Origin: Eledone cirrhosa | Taxonomy: Eukaryota | Direction: 5' to 3' | Length of the DNA: 64,000 bases | Assembly: GCA_964016885.1 (NCBI GenBank) | Contig: CAXHJY010000006.1 | Location: 32,061 to 96,060 of the forward strand | Part shown: positions 57,398 through 64,000 of the stretch, in pieces | How positions within the stretch are numbered: the first letter of the stretch is position 1 | Layout: the number at the start of each line of letters is the position of its first letter | The notes under the pieces: model-generated | What the model saw: only the letters and a program-made list of their open reading frames with translations | The model's database searches: none | What the model was told of the DNA's origin: nothing | Made by a program: the position numbers and the translations under genes

Positions 57398-58535
57398 TCA
57401 ACACAATACTACACAACACAACACAACGTGTTTCATCACAACACAACACATCCCATCACAACACATCCCATCACAACACATCACAACACAACACATCACA
57501 ACACAACACAACACATCACAACACAACACAACACAACACAACACAACACAACACACCATATTTCATCACAACACATCACAACACAACCGCAACACACCAT
57601 ATTTCATCACAACACAACAACACAACACCTCACAACACAACACCTCACAACACGGCACAACACCACACACACCACACTTCATCACATCACAACATACAAC
57701 ATTTCATCACAACACAACGCATCCCATCACAACACACCACATTTCATCACAACACACCACATTTCATCACAACACAACACATCCCATCACAACACAACAC
57801 ACCAGATTTCATCACAACACAACACATCCCATCACAACACACCACATTTCATCACAACACAACACTTAATATTTCATCACAACACAACACATCCCATCAC
57901 AACACAACACTTAATATTTCATCACAACACAACACTTAATATTTCATCACAACACAATACACAACATTTCATCACAACACAACAATACAACACCTCACAA
58001 CACGGCACAACACAAAACTACACACCACACTTCATCACATTCATACGACATTTCATCACAACACAACGCATCCCATCACAACACACCACATTTCATCACA
58101 ACACAACACTTAATATTTCATCACAACACAACACATCCCATCACACACCACATTTCATCACAACACAACACTTAATATTTCATCACAACACAATCCATCA
58201 CAACACAACACTTAATATTTCATCACAACACAATATATCCCATCACAACACACCAGATTTCATCACAACACAACACTTAATATTTCATCACAACACAACA
58301 CATCCCATCACAACACACCACATTTCATCACAACACAACACTTAATATTTCATCACAACACACCGCATTTCATCACAACACAACACTTAATATTTCATCA
58401 CAACACAACACATTTCATCACAACACGCCACCCCATACCACAACACAACAAGCCACCCCATACCACAACTCAACAAAACAACACAACGCAATACAGCGCA
58501 TCACAACACAGCAAGCCGCCCCATACCACAACATA
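57398..58535. repeat. Complex (CACAA)n-derived minisatellite
   Basis: Units ATTTCATCACAACACAACAC with CCCATC and TTAAT variants. Confidence 0.95.
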
Positions 58536-58567
58536 ACATACATACATAGATGTGTGTGTATGTTGGG

Positions 58568-58870
58568 CCTCCGTCGGTTCCGATGAGGAGTGCACCAGTT
58601 GATTCAAACAACTTGCCCGTGAAATTATCTTGCAGTGGCTGAATATTTCCATAGGCACGTGTACCCTTAAAGTAATTCTCGGCAAGATTTAGCGAGACAC
58701 GCTGTGTGACACGTCTGGCCCTTTAGAATTACAGCTACAATTAAAATGTGCAAGTTCGGTTGACTGGAGCAACGTGAATTAAAGTGTCACGACATATCGC
58801 CCTGGAATCGAACTCATGACCTTTTGATCATGGGCCGAACACCCTAACCACTTAGCTACGCGCCTTCACT
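58568..58870 (-). mobile_element. SINE family A, near full length
   Basis: GGAATCGAACTCA (B box, reverse complement), CCCTAACCACTTAGCTACGCGCCTTC (head, reverse complement) and tail. Confidence 0.85.
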
Positions 58871-59796
58871 CATTCATACATACACACTACACACATACAC
58901 TACATACACACACACATACACTACATACACACACACACGCACACACACATACGCACCACATATACACGTATGAATAAAGACATATACACTACATACATAT
59001 ATACATACACACTACATACACGCACTACATATATACACACGTACGCACTACATACTCACATGCACATATACACACATATACGCATACAACATACATACAC
59101 ACATACATACAGACAGACAGACAGACAGTAGATATATAACTTCACATGGACTTCTTTCCATAGTATGACTGCATATAAGAAAACGTTGAGTGAATGTGAG
59201 AGAGAGAGAGAGGGGGGTGAGCGATAAAGAGAGGAGTCAAAGAGGGTGTGTGTGAGAGAAAGGGGAAGAGAAATAGAGAGAGATACAGTGTGTGTGTGTG
59301 AGAGAGAGGAGGGAGCAGAGAAAGTGTATGTGAGAGAAATGGAGAGAGATACAGTGTGTGTGTATGTGTGTGTGTGTGAGAGAGAGGGGGGGGGGGGGAG
59401 CAGAGAGGTGTATGTGAGAGGAAGAGAAATGGAGAGAGATACACAAAGTGTGTGTATGTATGAGAGAGAGAAAGAGAGTGAGAGAGAGAGGTGGTGTACT
59501 ATAGTGTGGTGTACTGTACTGTGCTGTGTGTAACAGGCAAACACTCGCTATGTTGCAGTGTTTATCGAGCAGCTGAAGAATTCTTCAAGTGAAAGAAGAC
59601 ACGAAGAAATTAGGATTAAACAAAACTGAAAAAGAGAGAGACAAAATTTTTCTCTATTAAAGTATATTTTATTGGATAGTTTTCACAAGCTTTTAGCAAG
59701 ATTGTCCCAGCTGTAATATAGAGACTAACATCACATCACATCACATCGCATCACATCACATTACATTACATCAACACCAACTCATCTCATCTCAGC

Positions 59797-60139
59797 TCAG
59801 TTCATTCTATAACAGCCGAATCGACTGTATCTATCTATCACCAAACTAGAAGCTAGCTACTACAATTGTTTTGGGGTTTTTTACGCTCTGAAAGAAGAAG
59901 ACAAACTGACAAGAGAGGGGATATATTAGTGAAGTTGTTGTCATAAGTGGAAAACAAACAAAAACAAACCCTGGCCAACTGTGAAAAAGCCATCAGTGTT
60001 TCTAGTGGTGATTATCGGCTGTCGTTCCACTGGTGGATATACATACGAACTGAGAAACGGATAAACACGACGATGAGGCTTCCGACTGTGAACCAGTCGG
60101 GGCTACTCGGGAGAATAATAACGAACAGAATCGGTAAGA
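59797..60139 (+). other. Possible first exon of a plus-strand gene
   Basis: Initiator-like TCAGTT at 59797, non-repetitive CpG-containing sequence, ATG at 60073 in an open frame to donor ATCG|GTAAGA at 60134. Confidence 0.2.
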
Positions 60140-60432
60140 AATTCTTCACATTTTAAAAAATAATCTAATATTCTAATATTCCGTTTATTCCGTTCTGAAA
60201 ATCTTGATGTTTAAACTTATATTTAATACTTCCTCTGCTTTTGTACTTATTAACGATATGTCGATTGGAAGGAACTCTGTCCGGCATAGCACTAGATAGA
60301 ACGAAGTAGTCCGCTATATCGAGAGGTCCCAGGACCTTCGGTAGCTATGTTGACTGGCAGTAGATAGTTAGATAGATGGAGAGATAGATGAGTAAATAGA
60401 TGAATAAGCAGGTAGGTAGGTAGGTAGGTAGG

Positions 60433-60465
<33 letters not shown>

Positions 60466-60827
60466 GAACTGGCAGAGAGATAGATGGGTAAAACAACAGA
60501 TAGATCGATAGATGAGTAGGTAGCTGGATAGATAGATAGCTGGATAAACAGATAGGTAAGTAAATAAATAGATGGACTGATAGGTAGATGGATGAGTATG
60601 TGTTTTAAAAAGTGGTTGGCTGATTGACCTTAAGAACTTTTTTATTATATTTTCTTACTTGTTTCAGTCACTTGACAACGGTCATGCTGGGGCAACGCCT
60701 GAAAGGGATTATGTAGTTGATCATATCGACCAGTACTTGTTTATTTGTTGTTGTTCTTTTTAAGTCTGGTACTTATTTTAGCGATTTAATTTTTTTTTTT
60801 TTTTACAAATATTTTGTTTCATACTTA

Positions 60828-61312
60828 TTACACTCTGTAATGTGGTTGTTCTGGCGCCACGATAAAATACACCCAGTACACTCTGTAAAGTGATAGCGTT
60901 GTTACCGCGATAAAATGCACCCAGTACACTCTGTAAAGTGATAGTGCTGTTACTGCGATAAAATACACCCAGTACACTCTGTAAAGAGATAGTACTGTTA
61001 CCGCGATAGAATGCACCCAGTACACTCTGTAAAGTGATAGTACTGTTACCGCGATAAAATGCACCCAGTACACTCTGTAATGTGGTAGCGCTGGTACTGC
61101 GATAAATTGCACTCAGGGTAGGGTAAAAGCAGGTAATCTCGGTGCCATGAAAAAATGCAGCCAGTACACCCTACAAAGTGGTAGTTCTAGTGCCACGATA
61201 AAATGCACTCAATACACTCTGTAAAGTGGTAGTGCCGGTGCCATGACAAAATGTACCCAGTACATGCTGTAAAATAGTTGACGTTAGGAAGGACATCTAA
61301 CTGTAGAAATCA
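60828..61312 (+). repeat. About 48-bp tandem array amplified from a SINE/RTE-related internal segment
   Basis: GATAAAATGCACCCAGTACACTCTGTAAAGTGATAG..CTGTTACCGC in about 9 copies, ending in GTTGACGTTAGGAAGGACATC..CTGTAGAAA; a 3-copy version lies at 25750-25930. Confidence 0.85.
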
Positions 61313-61660
61313 TAGATATAGTCATCTCACCTGCCCAGTTACAGAACATGGAAATGTGTTCAACCCATGACACTATGGAAAACAAATGTAAAAGGATGGT
61401 GTTGGTAATGATGATGATATTTCGAGGTTAAGTTCTCTGTTTCAAAAGAAAGAAATAGTTTGATATTGACGACAGGCGACCAAATATTTTATTGCTCCAC
61501 ACGTGGCCTAGTAGCTAGGTTTGCTGGATTGCCTATCATACGGTCGTGGGTTGTTCACCTGAACCGGGTGGGCCGTTGTGTTCTCGAGCATGACCGGTTA
61601 ATTTGGAGATGTTTCGTGTATACATCTCGAGCATGACCGATTAATTTGGAGATGTTTCGT

Positions 61661-64000
<2,340 letters not shown>

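Overview
Very AT-rich, repeat-saturated eukaryotic DNA. The SINE, LINE and microsatellite content resembles a coleoid cephalopod (Octopus-like) intron or intergenic region; the taxon is an inference. No host gene can be confidently named, and nearly all tracked ORFs are translations of microsatellites. The window holds: kilobase-scale (TA)n arrays; many tRNA-derived SINEs (a CORE-type family and a second family with a Meta/MESC-like core); fragments of RTE-clade LINEs (Expander/Rex3-like and BovB-like) and an R4/Dong-like restriction-endonuclease LINE; hAT-, Tigger- and Helitron-like MITE remnants; and many Penelope-like element (PLE) relics. The most notable pattern is a set of PLE-type termini carrying minimal hammerhead ribozyme motifs, folded back into near-perfect palindromes or terminal inverted repeats whose breakpoints fall at the ribozyme, mostly beside (TA)n tracts. 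Also seen are a probable 1.9-kb inversion that split a SINE with a 61-bp inverted duplication, a fold-back SINE insertion with an 18-bp target-site duplication, and a few weak exon candidates.
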